This document shows positions 9,197 to 19,032 of a stretch of DNA of 57,369 nucleotides, piece by piece; the first letter of the stretch is position 1; every line of letters begins with the position of its first letter. The position numbers and the translations under genes were made by a program. A model generated the notes under the pieces. It ran no database searches. It saw only the letters and a program-made list of their open reading frames with translations, and was not told the DNA's origin. The stretch lies in the IMG/VR virus record IMGVR_UViG_3300037310_000117, positions 1 through 57,369 of that record. The stretch is one strand, 5' to 3'. The DNA is from a virus. Lineage: Duplodnaviria > Caudoviricetes.

Positions 9197-9985
9197 GTGA
9201 GCTTCGCCATCAACGCCACCGACCACACGCCATCGGGACCCCGCCGCACCATCGTCAGCAAAGCGCGCGCCGCGGCTCTCGTAGAGCAGATCGCCGACAA
9301 GCACGCGCTGCCGGTGGCGACGGTACTCTGCGCCAAGTGGGACCGCTTCGCGCTGATCGCTCGAGCCGAGGCGGCGCATGCGCTGACGACGCAGCTCAAC
9401 TGGTCGATTCGGGCGACCGGGGCCTACCTCGGCTGCTCCCACACCAACGTGCGGAAGCTTTTGAGTTTCCAAAAAAGGAACGCGCCCCGGATCGTGCGAC
9501 TGGTGTCGCTGAACGGGGCGGATGAGGCTGCGGTGGCCAGGGTGCGTGAGCTCGAGGCGGAATTGCAGCGCCTGTCCGGTACGCATCTGTGTGAGCGGCT
9601 GGCGTCGGATCTCAGTGTTCCGCTCCGCTGCGCGATCCTGCTGGCGATCCTGATTGAAGCGTGGCCGCGCTACGTGCGTGGGCCAGCGCTGCTTCAGCTT
9701 TATGACGACGCTTGCGACAAGCTGGGCTATGGCGCGCGCAACGGCGCGAACTTCGATTTAGTGACGAAGCACGCCTGTGATCTCGCCGCGCGGTTCAAGG
9801 CGGCTGGCTGGCCTGCGCCGTCCGAGGTGGGCGAACTGAAGGGCTCGCGGCGGCTCACGGACAGCGCAGCCGTGTGGTTGGCGGATCGGTGTGGCGCACC
9901 GCGGCGCTCGGTGGTGGAGACGTGGCGGGAGAGCCATGCCGGCGCAGTCAATGGTTCGCGACCCGTTCACGCGCGGGGCGCATAG
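9197..9985 (+). CDS. DNA-binding regulator with a DnaA-C-like HTH and a winged-helix-like domain
   Basis: ARAEAAHAL…WSIRATGAYLGCSHTNVRKL resembles DnaA domain IV; coiled linker; second helical domain. Confidence 0.6.
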   Translation: MSFAINATDHTPSGPRRTIVSKARAAALVEQIADKHALPVATVLCAKWDRFALIARAEAAHALTTQLNWSIRATGAYLGCSHTNVRKLLSFQKRNAPRIVRLVSLNGADEAAVARVRELEAELQRLSGTHLCERLASDLSVPLRCAILLAILIEAWPRYVRGPALLQLYDDACDKLGYGARNGANFDLVTKHACDLAARFKAAGWPAPSEVGELKGSRRLTDSAAVWLADRCGAPRRSVVETWRESHAGAVNGSRPVHARGA

Positions 9986-9993
9986 TGGCGAGC

Positions 9994-10452
9994 ATGGGCC
10001 AGCCTCCTGCGATCCGTCCCACGAGTGGACAAGTGATCACACCTGACCGTTTGGCTGTTGCTGCGGCGCGCGCGGAAGCGGAGCGCAAACGCATCCACGA
10101 TGAGGGCCACGCTAAGGGCAAGCACGAGGGGCTGCGCCTCGCTGGTCGATATCGCGACGGCGCGCTGGTCGCGATCGGCGTGCTGATAGGGCTGGCGATC
10201 GGGTCGTTCGGCGCCATGTCGATGCTGGACCGCGGCGCTTACACGGCCGCTGCGATCACCGATCGCGTGCTGGGGCGCACGGTGCCTCCAGTTTCGGAGA
10301 CGCTGCCGCCAGCGCCGGCGACGCGTGCGCCAGACGAAGAGTACCGGGCCAACGTCGAGGCGGCGCGCGGCGGCTGCACGGAGGCGCAGTTGCGCGCTGG
10401 GATTCGCAGGTGCGGCGTGGAGCCAGGAACGCCGCCACAACGGAGGAACTAA
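9994..10452 (+). CDS. Single-TM hypothetical protein
   Basis: ALVAIGVLIGLAIGSFGAM TM segment. Confidence 0.6.
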   Translation: MGQPPAIRPTSGQVITPDRLAVAAARAEAERKRIHDEGHAKGKHEGLRLAGRYRDGALVAIGVLIGLAIGSFGAMSMLDRGAYTAAAITDRVLGRTVPPVSETLPPAPATRAPDEEYRANVEAARGGCTEAQLRAGIRRCGVEPGTPPQRRN

Positions 10453-10516
10453 GGTTTTCACGCCAAGTCATGAGTTGCTTAAAGAAGCACTCGCAGTTTT
10501 GGAAAAGGAGAACAGC

Positions 10517-10627
10517 ATGGCGACGAAATCACGCGCGATGGCGCCGGGCGGGCCGACGCCGAAGGGCACGGCGCCGCGGAAGACGGTCGCGAAGAAGGCG
10601 CCCGCGAAGGGCGGCAAGAAGTATTAG
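10517..10627 (+). CDS. 36-aa Lys-rich basic protein
   Basis: AAGGAG SD; MATKSRAMAPGG…KKAPAKGGKKY. Confidence 0.6.
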   Translation: MATKSRAMAPGGPTPKGTAPRKTVAKKAPAKGGKKY

Positions 10628-10631
10628 GCCA

Positions 10632-10913
10632 ATGACCCCGTGCCACTTTAGAGGACAAGATCGCGTGCTGGAAGCGCCGCGCGATCTTGATCCAGAGACC
10701 TGTCCAGTCGGCGAGATCGTTGGTTTGCCAGTGCGCTTCCTTCGCGATGATCAAGGAAACTTGATGGGTTTTCGCTCGGTTTGGCGTCCGAGTGCCGAAC
10801 AGCTAGAAGCGCTTAATGCTGGCGGAGGTGTGATGGTGGACTTACTCACACAAAGGCAGCCGCCGATGCTGTGTCATGTCTGTCCACCGGAAGACGTATT
10901 GGTGGAAGCATGA
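10632..10913 (+). CDS. Conserved small phage protein
   Basis: GLPVR…SVWRPSAEQLEALNAGG…QPP pattern common in phages. Confidence 0.7.
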   Translation: MTPCHFRGQDRVLEAPRDLDPETCPVGEIVGLPVRFLRDDQGNLMGFRSVWRPSAEQLEALNAGGGVMVDLLTQRQPPMLCHVCPPEDVLVEA

Positions 10914-11179
10914 ACCATAACGACCCCGACAACGCGGATGCGCCGTTGTCCCCGGTGCACCTTGGCGACAATCCCGAAGAGCTTGAATTCGGGGTTGGCG
11001 CCAAGGACGGCCGCGTGATCGTCCGCTTCAACACGATGGTGCAGTGGTTCAACATGGACCCTGCGCTGGCGATCGCGTTTGCGGAGAAGATCATCGACTG
11101 CGCCGAGGAGGCGGCTAGGCCGCGCCCTAGTCGCAGCCTGCTGCGTGCGTCCGCGGCGGACGTGAGGAAACATCCATGA
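10910..11179 (+). CDS. Hypothetical phage protein
   Basis: ATGA overlaps on both sides. Confidence 0.7.
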   Translation: MNHNDPDNADAPLSPVHLGDNPEELEFGVGAKDGRVIVRFNTMVQWFNMDPALAIAFAEKIIDCAEEAARPRPSRSLLRASAADVRKHP

Positions 11180-12102
11180 ACAAGCCACTTTGTATCTATC
11201 ACGGCAATTGCGCCGACGGCTTCACTGCCGCGTGGGCAGTCTGGAAGCGCTTCGGTGACACGTTCGACTATCACGCTGGTGTCTATCAGAACCCGGCGCC
11301 AGACGTTGCCGGGCGCGACGTGGTGCTTGTGGACTTCTCCTATAAGCGCGAAGTGATGCGAGCTATGCGCGGCCACGGCGCAGGGAAAGCGCGTTCCGTT
11401 CTCGTGCTCGATCACCACAAAAGCGCGGCTGACGATCTGGGAACACGCGAGGGAAATTTCTGCACTCAGATTGCGGATTGGACCGGCCCGCTTACATGGG
11501 AACGCCACCTCGACAATGCGGCGCAAGACATCATGGAAGGCGCGATCGATAGCGTTTACTGCCTGTTCGACATGAACCGCAGCGGCGCGGGCATCGCCTG
11601 GGATTTCTTTCACGGCGCAGACACTCGCCCAAAGCTGGTCAAGTATGCAGAGGACCGCGATCTGTGGCGTTTCGCTCTGCCGTTCAGTCGCGAGGTCAAC
11701 GCCTACATCTTCGCGCACGAATACGACTTTGGCACGTGGAGCACGCTCGCAAACTTGATCGATGACGAGACCGATGCCGTGGTTCGCATGGGCGCAGCGA
11801 TTGAGAAGAAGCACCACAAGGACGTGCGCGAGCTGACGCAGGCGCTGAAGCGCCGCATGGTCATCGGCGGCCATGAGGTCTGGGCTGCCTCCTTGCCCTA
11901 CACACTCACGAGCGACGCGGGCCATCTGATGGCGACGGGCGAGCCGTTCGCCGCCTGCTATTGGGATACGCCCGAGGGTCGCGTGTTCTCGCTCCGCTCA
12001 ACCGATGAAGGCTTGGACGTGTCCATGATCGCCAAAGCCTACGGCGGTGGCGGCCATCGCAACGCCAGCGGCTTCCGGCTGCCGCATGGGGTACAGCCGT
12101 AA
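11176..12102 (+). CDS. DHH/DHHA1-family phosphoesterase
   Basis: YHGNCADG, VDFS, LDHHK, EDRDLW, FSLRS, GGGGHRNASG. Confidence 0.93.
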   Translation: MNKPLCIYHGNCADGFTAAWAVWKRFGDTFDYHAGVYQNPAPDVAGRDVVLVDFSYKREVMRAMRGHGAGKARSVLVLDHHKSAADDLGTREGNFCTQIADWTGPLTWERHLDNAAQDIMEGAIDSVYCLFDMNRSGAGIAWDFFHGADTRPKLVKYAEDRDLWRFALPFSREVNAYIFAHEYDFGTWSTLANLIDDETDAVVRMGAAIEKKHHKDVRELTQALKRRMVIGGHEVWAASLPYTLTSDAGHLMATGEPFAACYWDTPEGRVFSLRSTDEGLDVSMIAKAYGGGGHRNASGFRLPHGVQP

Positions 12103-12311
12103 TGAACCCGACCATGAAAGCCTACGATGAGCGCCGCCGCCGCGAACATGTGCGGACGATGGCGGTCAGGATCGGCATCGGAGCGGTGTTCCTGCTGGCG
12201 TGGGTGCTGTTCGTATGACTTCGGCGAGCGGGCCTGACGACAACCGAGAGGAGGTGATCCAATCTCCGCCGGAAGGCGGCGCTTCGCACCGTAAAGAAAG
12301 CGGATCGCAGT

Positions 12312-12974
12312 GTGGCTAACCGACCGCCACCGCTACCGCCGCACAAGGATGTGGCTAAGACCAAGTGGGCTGTGCCGCCGAAGTCAAACCGGCCGCGCGA
12401 CATAGCGCAAGCGCAGCGTATCCAGCGTTTTGTTGAAGAGTGGGTAACGTGCGGCAGCGCTGCTGAGGCTGCGCGCCGGGCTGGCTATCACCCGAACCAC
12501 GCCCGTTGGGCAGCTGGCAATTTAAAGCGCAAGCATCCGCATCTGCCGGTCGAAGTGGCGCGTCGCCGCGCGGCGCTGATCAAGAAAATCGAGCTGAACC
12601 AGGAATCAGTGATCATTGAGCTGGCGCGGCTGGCGTTCTCCAACATTGCGCATGCCGTGACTTGGCAGGATGGCAAGCCCACCATCGCGGACTCGGATGC
12701 AATCGACCCCGACACATTGGCGGCTATTCAGGAGATCAGCGCCGACGCCGAAGGCAAGATGAAGATCAAGATGTACGACAAGCGCTCTGCGCTGGTCGAT
12801 CTCGGCAAGTTCATGGGGCTGTCGCAGCCGGATGGCGTGGCGGAACTGCTTGCTAAACTAGCTGGCGTCAATGGCGAGGCGGACGCGCCGATGCTGGATC
12901 GGCGTGAAGCGGCGCGACGGGTGGCGCTGTTGCTGCGGAACGCTCGCGAGCAGAAAGAGCGAGAGGGCCGTTAG
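12312..12974 (+). CDS. terS: Terminase small subunit
   Basis: FVEEW…AAEAARRAGY HTH, VIIELARLAFSNI, KIKMYDKRSALVDLGK. Confidence 0.9.
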   Translation: MANRPPPLPPHKDVAKTKWAVPPKSNRPRDIAQAQRIQRFVEEWVTCGSAAEAARRAGYHPNHARWAAGNLKRKHPHLPVEVARRRAALIKKIELNQESVIIELARLAFSNIAHAVTWQDGKPTIADSDAIDPDTLAAIQEISADAEGKMKIKMYDKRSALVDLGKFMGLSQPDGVAELLAKLAGVNGEADAPMLDRREAARRVALLLRNAREQKEREGR

Positions 12975-14654
12975 ATGGCCTCGCTCATCGAAGAGATCGA
13001 AGCGGCGCTTGGTGATATGGCGCCGGCGGCGCGCGCGGAGCTCGAGCGTCTCGCGCTGGCGCAGACAGCGAACATGCGGTGGATACCGAACCCTGGCCCG
13101 CAGACCGATGCCTACTATTCGCTGGCCGATTTGCTCTACTATGGCGGTGGCGCCGGCGGGGGCAAATCGCACTTGCTGACGGGGCTCGCTGTCAACGAGC
13201 ACCGCGTCTCACGTCTGTTCCGGCGTCAGTTCAAAGACATTGACGGTGAAGGCGGCATGGGGCCGGCGCTCGCGCAGATTCTTGGCGTGCAGCACATTCA
13301 CCACAAGCATGTGTGGGCGGTGCCGAGTTCAGCAGTTAGCCGTAAGATTGAGTTCGGCGCCTTTGAGAACGAAACCGAGGCGGCAGCCTACCAGGGGCGA
13401 GCAGCCGACCTCTTCGGCTTCGATGAGGCGGTGCAGTTCCTTGAGCATCTGGTGAAGTTCATCATTGCGTGGAATCGGCCTGCGTCCGGTGTGCCGGCGA
13501 CGCAGCGCTGCCGCACGGTGCTGGCGTCCAATCCGCCGCTGACGCCGGATGGCCTGTGGATATTCGAATGGTTCGGCCCGTGGTTGGACGATCGTCACCC
13601 TAATCCGGCTGAGCCTGGCGAGTTGCGCTGGTTCATGGAGATTGACGGGCGCGACCAAGAGGTGCCGGCGGATTTCACACGCACGATCGTCGATGGGCGC
13701 GGCAACGAGCTGATCGTGCGGCCGAAGTCGCGGACGTTTATCCCGGCATCGGTGAGTGACAATCCCGACCTGCTGGATTCGGACTATCAGAGCCAGGTCG
13801 CGCAGATGCCTAAGCATTTGCAAGACGCGCTGATGGGCAAGTTCAGCGCCTCGCTTGCGGATGATGCGTTGCAGATCATTCCGACCGAATGGATTCTCGC
13901 GGCGCAGGAGCGCTGGCGCAAGAGCGAGCACAAAGACCATGGGCCGATGACGGACGTCGGGGTCGACGTGGCGATGGTGCTTAGCGAAGCGGACGGCGCC
14001 AGTCAGTCGGCGCGTAAGAACGACCGTTTCGTGATAGCGCCGTTGCATCACACGTTCTTTGCGCCTCCCATTATTCGAGACGGCGCAGAGATCAGCGGGC
14101 CGCGCGAAGGTGCAGCGGCCGTGGTGGCCGCGATACGCGGTGCGCCGCGTGTCAAGGTCGACGTCGGCGGCGGCTACGGCAAAGGTATCGTCGAACATCT
14201 CCAGAGCAATGATTTCGATGCGCTCGACATGCTGGGGGGGATGACGTCGACGGCGATGTGTCGGGATCGCAAGTTCTCGTTCAAGAACAAGCGGGCGGAA
14301 TGGATATGGCGCTTCATGGAGGCGCTGGACCCGGAGCGAGGCGACGCGATCTGCTTGCCGCCTGGGCGCGATGTGGTGGCGGAACTGGCCTGCCACAGGT
14401 TAAAGCGCCCGCTGGGCGAAACGCGGGTGATCCAGGTGGAAGAGAAGCGCGAGATCGTGAAGCGGCTGGGGCGGTCGCCGGATGTGGGCGAGGCAATCAT
14501 TTACGCGTGGGCTGAGCCGGACGCGGACCAACGTCACGAGCGCCGCAGCATGCGCCGGGACAAGCGACGCGGCGCACGTTCCCCTGGCATTCAGGCGGGC
14601 TATGGGAGTGCGAAGGCGAAGTATTCCCCTTCGGGGAGGCGTCCGCGATCCTGA
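12975..14654 (+). CDS. terL: Terminase large subunit
   Basis: PNPGPQ, YGGGAGGGKS Walker A, GFDEA Walker B, LASNPP, VGVDVA, RLGRSPD nuclease motifs. Confidence 0.93.
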   Translation: MASLIEEIEAALGDMAPAARAELERLALAQTANMRWIPNPGPQTDAYYSLADLLYYGGGAGGGKSHLLTGLAVNEHRVSRLFRRQFKDIDGEGGMGPALAQILGVQHIHHKHVWAVPSSAVSRKIEFGAFENETEAAAYQGRAADLFGFDEAVQFLEHLVKFIIAWNRPASGVPATQRCRTVLASNPPLTPDGLWIFEWFGPWLDDRHPNPAEPGELRWFMEIDGRDQEVPADFTRTIVDGRGNELIVRPKSRTFIPASVSDNPDLLDSDYQSQVAQMPKHLQDALMGKFSASLADDALQIIPTEWILAAQERWRKSEHKDHGPMTDVGVDVAMVLSEADGASQSARKNDRFVIAPLHHTFFAPPIIRDGAEISGPREGAAAVVAAIRGAPRVKVDVGGGYGKGIVEHLQSNDFDALDMLGGMTSTAMCRDRKFSFKNKRAEWIWRFMEALDPERGDAICLPPGRDVVAELACHRLKRPLGETRVIQVEEKREIVKRLGRSPDVGEAIIYAWAEPDADQRHERRSMRRDKRRGARSPGIQAGYGSAKAKYSPSGRRPRS

Positions 14655-14664
14655 GGAAAGAACG

Positions 14665-14985
14665 ATGGGCTGGAGTTTTGGCCAGGCGGACAGCAATCCG
14701 ATCAACATCTTGCGCCCGCACCGATTGCTCGGCATTCGCAGCAAATTGAGCCCGTCGGATCGCTTGGATAAAAAGTATTGGGCAGGGCGCAAACCAGCGC
14801 CAGTGGAGACGCCTGAAGGTACGGTTCCTTTGCCTGACCTGACTGACGCAGCGGTGCGCCGGCGCCAAGCGGAAGAACTGAAGAAGCTGCTGAAAAATCG
14901 CGGACGCTCGCGCACGCTGCTGAGCGGCCGGAGCGGAGACCAATCGCCGACGCCGACGCGGGCGACGACGATCGGGCGAGGCTGA
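14665..14985 (+). CDS. Small pre-portal virion protein
   Basis: GAGGA SD; 'RGRSRTLL' C-terminus typical of small genes preceding podoviral portals. Confidence 0.7.
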   Translation: MGWSFGQADSNPINILRPHRLLGIRSKLSPSDRLDKKYWAGRKPAPVETPEGTVPLPDLTDAAVRRRQAEELKKLLKNRGRSRTLLSGRSGDQSPTPTRATTIGRG

Positions 14986-14989
14986 GCCT

Positions 14990-16807
14990 GTGGCCTACGA
15001 CACACGCGGCGGCGTGATACGGCGAGCCTCAGGCGCGGGAGAGTCGCGCAAATGGAGCCCTGCGGAGCTGATCGAGCGCGGCGATCGCGCGTTCACGCGG
15101 CAAGGCAATTGGCTGCACCTATGTCAAGCGATCGCGGAACTGTTCTATCCCGAGCGTGCGGACTTCACGGTGCAAACGACGCCGGGCGACGAGCGCTATT
15201 GGGACATCTTCGACGAAGAACCGATGCTGTTGCGGCGCGACTTGGCCAATCAGATCGGCGCGCAGATGCGCCCGCGCGGTTCGGATTGGTTCAAGGCGAA
15301 AGCGTATCCGCGTCACCTGAACAAGAGCGAGAACGTCCGCATCTGGTGCGAAGAAGCCACCGAGACGATGCGTGACGTGATGTATGCGGCTGGCACGAAC
15401 TTCACCAAGGCGTTTTCGCAATCCGACAACGATTACGTGGCGTTCGGCACTTCGATCATGACGCACACTTACAACCGTGAGCGCACGGGACTGGTGTTCG
15501 AATGTCTGCATCCCCGCGATTGCGCGTGGGAAGAGAACAGCGACGGCGTGATCGACGTCATGCATGAGCGTATGCGCCGCACCATGGCGCAGATCGACCA
15601 GCTCGGGTTTGTGATCCCGAAGGAGTGGATGGAGCGTTACCAGAAGGACGTGAACACCGAAGTTGAGGTGCGGCGCTGCGTCTATCCGGTGGAGTATTAT
15701 CAGGCGGATGGCGGCGGCAAGGCGGGCGCCAACGGTGAGGGCCGCCGCGTGCCGCGCATGGCGCGGTTTGTGGTGATGTACATCGCGCACGATTGCAAAG
15801 CGGAGCTCAAGACCAAGAGCGGCGCGGTGCCGTTCTTCCGTACCTGGCCCTATCTGGTGCGGCGCTGGTCGACGGTGAGCGGCGAGCCGTTCGGACGCAG
15901 CCCGTGCACGAGCGTGGCGCTGGCGACAGCGCGAATGCTGAACCAAGCGCAGCTCAGTGTCATCGAAAGTCTGGAGAAACTGGTTAACCCGCCACTGTTG
16001 GCGCCAGACGACGGCATTGTTGGCGAAGTGCAGATCCGCGCCAACGGCATCACGTTCTACGATCCGACGCTGGAGTACGGCTCACGCAAGCCCATCGAAG
16101 CGCTCGAGGTGGGGCGCCCAGATTTCGGGATGGAGTTTGCGGCTGAGCGGCGCGCGTTTCTGGCGCGAGCGTTCCTGCAGAACATGATTCGCTTTCCCCA
16201 GGTCACTAAGAAGATGACCGCTTACGAAGCGTCGAAGATCTGGGACCAGTACATCGCGGAAGCGGCGCCCGTGTACGAGCCGATGGAGCAAGAGAATTCG
16301 CAGCTGATGGAAGGCGTGTTCGAACGCATCATGGATGCAGATGGCCCAGCGGGGCCGGAGTACGGACGCTGGGGCGGGTTCGCTGAGCCGCCTGAGGAGC
16401 TGATGGGCGCTTACGGGTCAGCAGAGATCAAGTTCGAATTTGAAACCCCGCTGTCGGAGGCGCATCGCCGTCGCAAGCTGGAGAAGGCGATCGAGGCGAA
16501 CGGCTACATGCAGTCGCGCTTGGCGCTAAACGCGGGGATCGTCGATCTGGTCGACCAGGATGAGATGGACGGCGAGGCGCTGAAGGCGATCCTGCCGGCG
16601 AAGGCGATTCGCAAGACCGAGGACGTGGCGGCGATGCGCGAGCAGAAGCAGCAGCAGATGATGATCGCACAGGCAGCTGAGATGGCGGCGCAGGCTGCGG
16701 GTGAGGCCGTTGGCGCTGGAAAAGGCAAGGGGACGACGCCTACTGGCGCCGGCGGCGCGGGCCCGGTACTGGACCCGATCTCCGCAGCGATGGCTGGGGG
16801 CGGTTAG
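14990..16807 (+). CDS. Portal / head-to-tail connector protein (T7 gp8/BPP-1 type)
   Basis: DYVAFGTS, RWSTVSGEPFGRSP, EKLVNPPLL, KMTAYE, FETPLSEA; position after terL. Confidence 0.92.
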   Translation: MAYDTRGGVIRRASGAGESRKWSPAELIERGDRAFTRQGNWLHLCQAIAELFYPERADFTVQTTPGDERYWDIFDEEPMLLRRDLANQIGAQMRPRGSDWFKAKAYPRHLNKSENVRIWCEEATETMRDVMYAAGTNFTKAFSQSDNDYVAFGTSIMTHTYNRERTGLVFECLHPRDCAWEENSDGVIDVMHERMRRTMAQIDQLGFVIPKEWMERYQKDVNTEVEVRRCVYPVEYYQADGGGKAGANGEGRRVPRMARFVVMYIAHDCKAELKTKSGAVPFFRTWPYLVRRWSTVSGEPFGRSPCTSVALATARMLNQAQLSVIESLEKLVNPPLLAPDDGIVGEVQIRANGITFYDPTLEYGSRKPIEALEVGRPDFGMEFAAERRAFLARAFLQNMIRFPQVTKKMTAYEASKIWDQYIAEAAPVYEPMEQENSQLMEGVFERIMDADGPAGPEYGRWGGFAEPPEELMGAYGSAEIKFEFETPLSEAHRRRKLEKAIEANGYMQSRLALNAGIVDLVDQDEMDGEALKAILPAKAIRKTEDVAAMREQKQQQMMIAQAAEMAAQAAGEAVGAGKGKGTTPTGAGGAGPVLDPISAAMAGGG

Positions 16808-16915
16808 ATGCGTATCCCAGACGCCTTCGACACGCTGCTGAACGTCCTGCTGACGGTGTTGCTGGTGCTGATCTTCTTCCTGTTCGCGGAGATCTGGGGC
16901 GCGGGGCATGTCTGA
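16808..16915 (+). CDS. 35-aa TM protein
   Basis: MRIPDAFDTLLNVLLTVLLVLIFFLFAEIWGAGHV; abuts both neighbours. Confidence 0.45.
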   Translation: MRIPDAFDTLLNVLLTVLLVLIFFLFAEIWGAGHV

Positions 16916-17273
16916 GGCGCCGAAAGCGACCGATCCGCACAAGCCGCGGCGGCGGGCGCCGGCGAAGCCCATGGATCGGCTGACGGCGCAGCTGCGAGCG
17001 ATGGGGGCGCGCATGCCGTCGACCGACGAGACTGCGGCGCTGCGCGCCTTGATGCGCGGGACCGCTTCGGAGGGCCAGCAGCGGGCCGCGGTGGCGTACA
17101 TCATGGCCGAACTCTGCGGCGTGGGCTCGGTGCCGTTCACGGGCGAATCCTCGCATGCAACCGCGTTCAGGGCGGGTTCGCTGGCGGTGGGTATAGCCAT
17201 GGGCGCGATCGCCGACGTGGTGATCATGAGTTTTCCAAAGATGGAAGAAGGCAGCGAACGTGTCGCAGGTTGA
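16908..17273 (+). CDS. Bbp19-like small protein following the portal
   Basis: GTASEGQQRAAV…ELCG…SHATAFRAG…VG pattern. Confidence 0.7.
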   Translation: MSEAPKATDPHKPRRRAPAKPMDRLTAQLRAMGARMPSTDETAALRALMRGTASEGQQRAAVAYIMAELCGVGSVPFTGESSHATAFRAGSLAVGIAMGAIADVVIMSFPKMEEGSERVAG

Positions 17274-17691
17274 GATCTTCATTCGCGACGCAAACGGCGT
17301 GGCGCAGCCTGTTTCGGCGACCAACCCGATTCCAGTGGGGGAGTACACGCCAGCCGGCGCGGCGGCCTCCTACACCGAGGATGCGGCGGCGCCCGCGAAC
17401 GCGTCCGGCAATCCGGTCATGCTGGTGCGCGAAGATGCGCGCGCCGGCTCGTTGACCACGACCGATGGCGACATGCTCGCCCAGCGCGGCAACAACAAGG
17501 GCGAAGCTTACGTCAAGGATATGACGCTACTCGACAACGCCATCAGCATGACGATTTTCGCAGGCGGCGCATCCAGTCTGACCGAACTGCGGTCGATCTA
17601 CGTGCCGCTCAACATGAAGAGCGTCTCCGGCGCATGGAAAATCACGACTGGCGCTGACGTGTCGGTCATTGGGATAGGTAACTTTACGTGA
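17260..17691 (+). CDS. Beta-rich virion structural protein
   Basis: PVSATNPIPV, YTEDAA, GAWKITTGA; context. Confidence 0.6.
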   Translation: MSQVEIFIRDANGVAQPVSATNPIPVGEYTPAGAAASYTEDAAAPANASGNPVMLVREDARAGSLTTTDGDMLAQRGNNKGEAYVKDMTLLDNAISMTIFAGGASSLTELRSIYVPLNMKSVSGAWKITTGADVSVIGIGNFT

Positions 17692-17713
17692 GCGTTATGA
17701 GGTTGATGCACAC

Positions 17714-18052
17714 ATGACCACGACACCATGCCCGGAAGGCGCGCTGGCCGCCGCTGACGACATTGTTGGCCCGACAACGGCCACCACGAAATCGGCCGTG
17801 GTTGCAGTCACAGGCACGATGACAGCGGGCCGCGTGGTGGTCGAGTATCAGTTTCCCGGCTCGACGACGTGGTATCCGTGCGATGACATCACCGTCGCCA
17901 AGCTGCAGCAGATCGCCGCCAACAACGGCACCGACTATGGCTACGCCACCGAGATTGAAATCCCCGGCGGCGGCATCGTGCGGCTGCGCACCGATGATGC
18001 GTTTGTCGGTACGCTGACGGCCTATCTGCGCGCTGTTATGCCGGGAGACTGA
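17714..18052 (+). CDS. Spike base/adapter-like protein, copy 1
   Basis: Paralog of 19033..19350 (VGP…GTMT.G…PCD.I…LQ…YGY..EI..P). Confidence 0.65.
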   Translation: MTTTPCPEGALAAADDIVGPTTATTKSAVVAVTGTMTAGRVVVEYQFPGSTTWYPCDDITVAKLQQIAANNGTDYGYATEIEIPGGGIVRLRTDDAFVGTLTAYLRAVMPGD

Positions 18053-18054
18053 AC

Positions 18055-19008
18055 ATGGGGTTTGCCCGTCCGATCAGTGTGCCGGGGTTTTCCAGCTCCG
18101 ACGTAGGCAGCCCCGCTGACCCGTCATCTGGCGCGCCATCTGCTGCGTTGGTGCCGTTCGTGCAAGCCACGACTTTGCCTGGCGCCCAGGACGTACTCGA
18201 CGATGCGATGCCGTTTACGGACGTGGCGTCGGCGACCACGACCGCAATCGGCGCCGTCGCTTCGAACAAGGTTCGTATCACGGGCACGACGACGATCACC
18301 GGGCTTGGCACGATCGGTACCGGCATTCGCCGCTTGGTGCGCTTCGCCGCTGCGTTGACGCTGACACACAACGCTACCTCACTCATCCTGCCTGCTTCAG
18401 CCAACATCACGACGGCCGCTGACGACACGGCGGAGTTCGTGTCGCTCGGATCCGGCAATTGGTTGTGCCTCTGGTACAAGAAGGCAAGCGGGCTGTTTCT
18501 GGCGACGTCGAAAGCGATGCTGGAAGCGCTGGGCACTTGGCGTGTGCTTGCTGCTGGAACTGTAGCGGCGCTCACCGGGTCGACGTCGGAGACAGAGCTG
18601 GCGCGGGTCGTGGTGGAAGCTGGCGCGATGGGCGCAAACGGCCGAATACGCGTCACGCATATGTGGGGCTATACGAACGGTGCAGACGACAAGTTCCCGC
18701 GGCTCAAGTTTGGCGCAACCGGAGTGGCGATCGGCAGCGCCACTCTCGTCAAGGGCGGCACTGCGCTGACGACGACGGCGGTGTTTCGCGACCAAAGCGT
18801 CATCGCCAACCTTAATGCGGCCAATTCGCAGGCATTCTTTCAGCCCGGCTCTAATGGCGGCGGATTCGGGACCAATGCCTCTGCGCACGGCACATCTGCA
18901 ATCGACACCACCGCCGCGACAGACGTGATTTTCACCGGCCAGCTCGAGAACGGCGCCGATTCACTCACGCTGCTCGACTACATGGTCGAAGTGTATTACC
19001 GCGCATGA
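18055..19008 (+). CDS. Spike/fibre protein 1
   Basis: ITGTTTITGLG…LTLTHNATSLILP…NITTAADD fibre domain; N- and C-termini paralogous to 19353..22091. Confidence 0.75.
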   Translation: MGFARPISVPGFSSSDVGSPADPSSGAPSAALVPFVQATTLPGAQDVLDDAMPFTDVASATTTAIGAVASNKVRITGTTTITGLGTIGTGIRRLVRFAAALTLTHNATSLILPASANITTAADDTAEFVSLGSGNWLCLWYKKASGLFLATSKAMLEALGTWRVLAAGTVAALTGSTSETELARVVVEAGAMGANGRIRVTHMWGYTNGADDKFPRLKFGATGVAIGSATLVKGGTALTTTAVFRDQSVIANLNAANSQAFFQPGSNGGGFGTNASAHGTSAIDTTAATDVIFTGQLENGADSLTLLDYMVEVYYRA

Positions 19009-19032
19009 TCGCGTTGTTGTCTGGAGCAAAGC

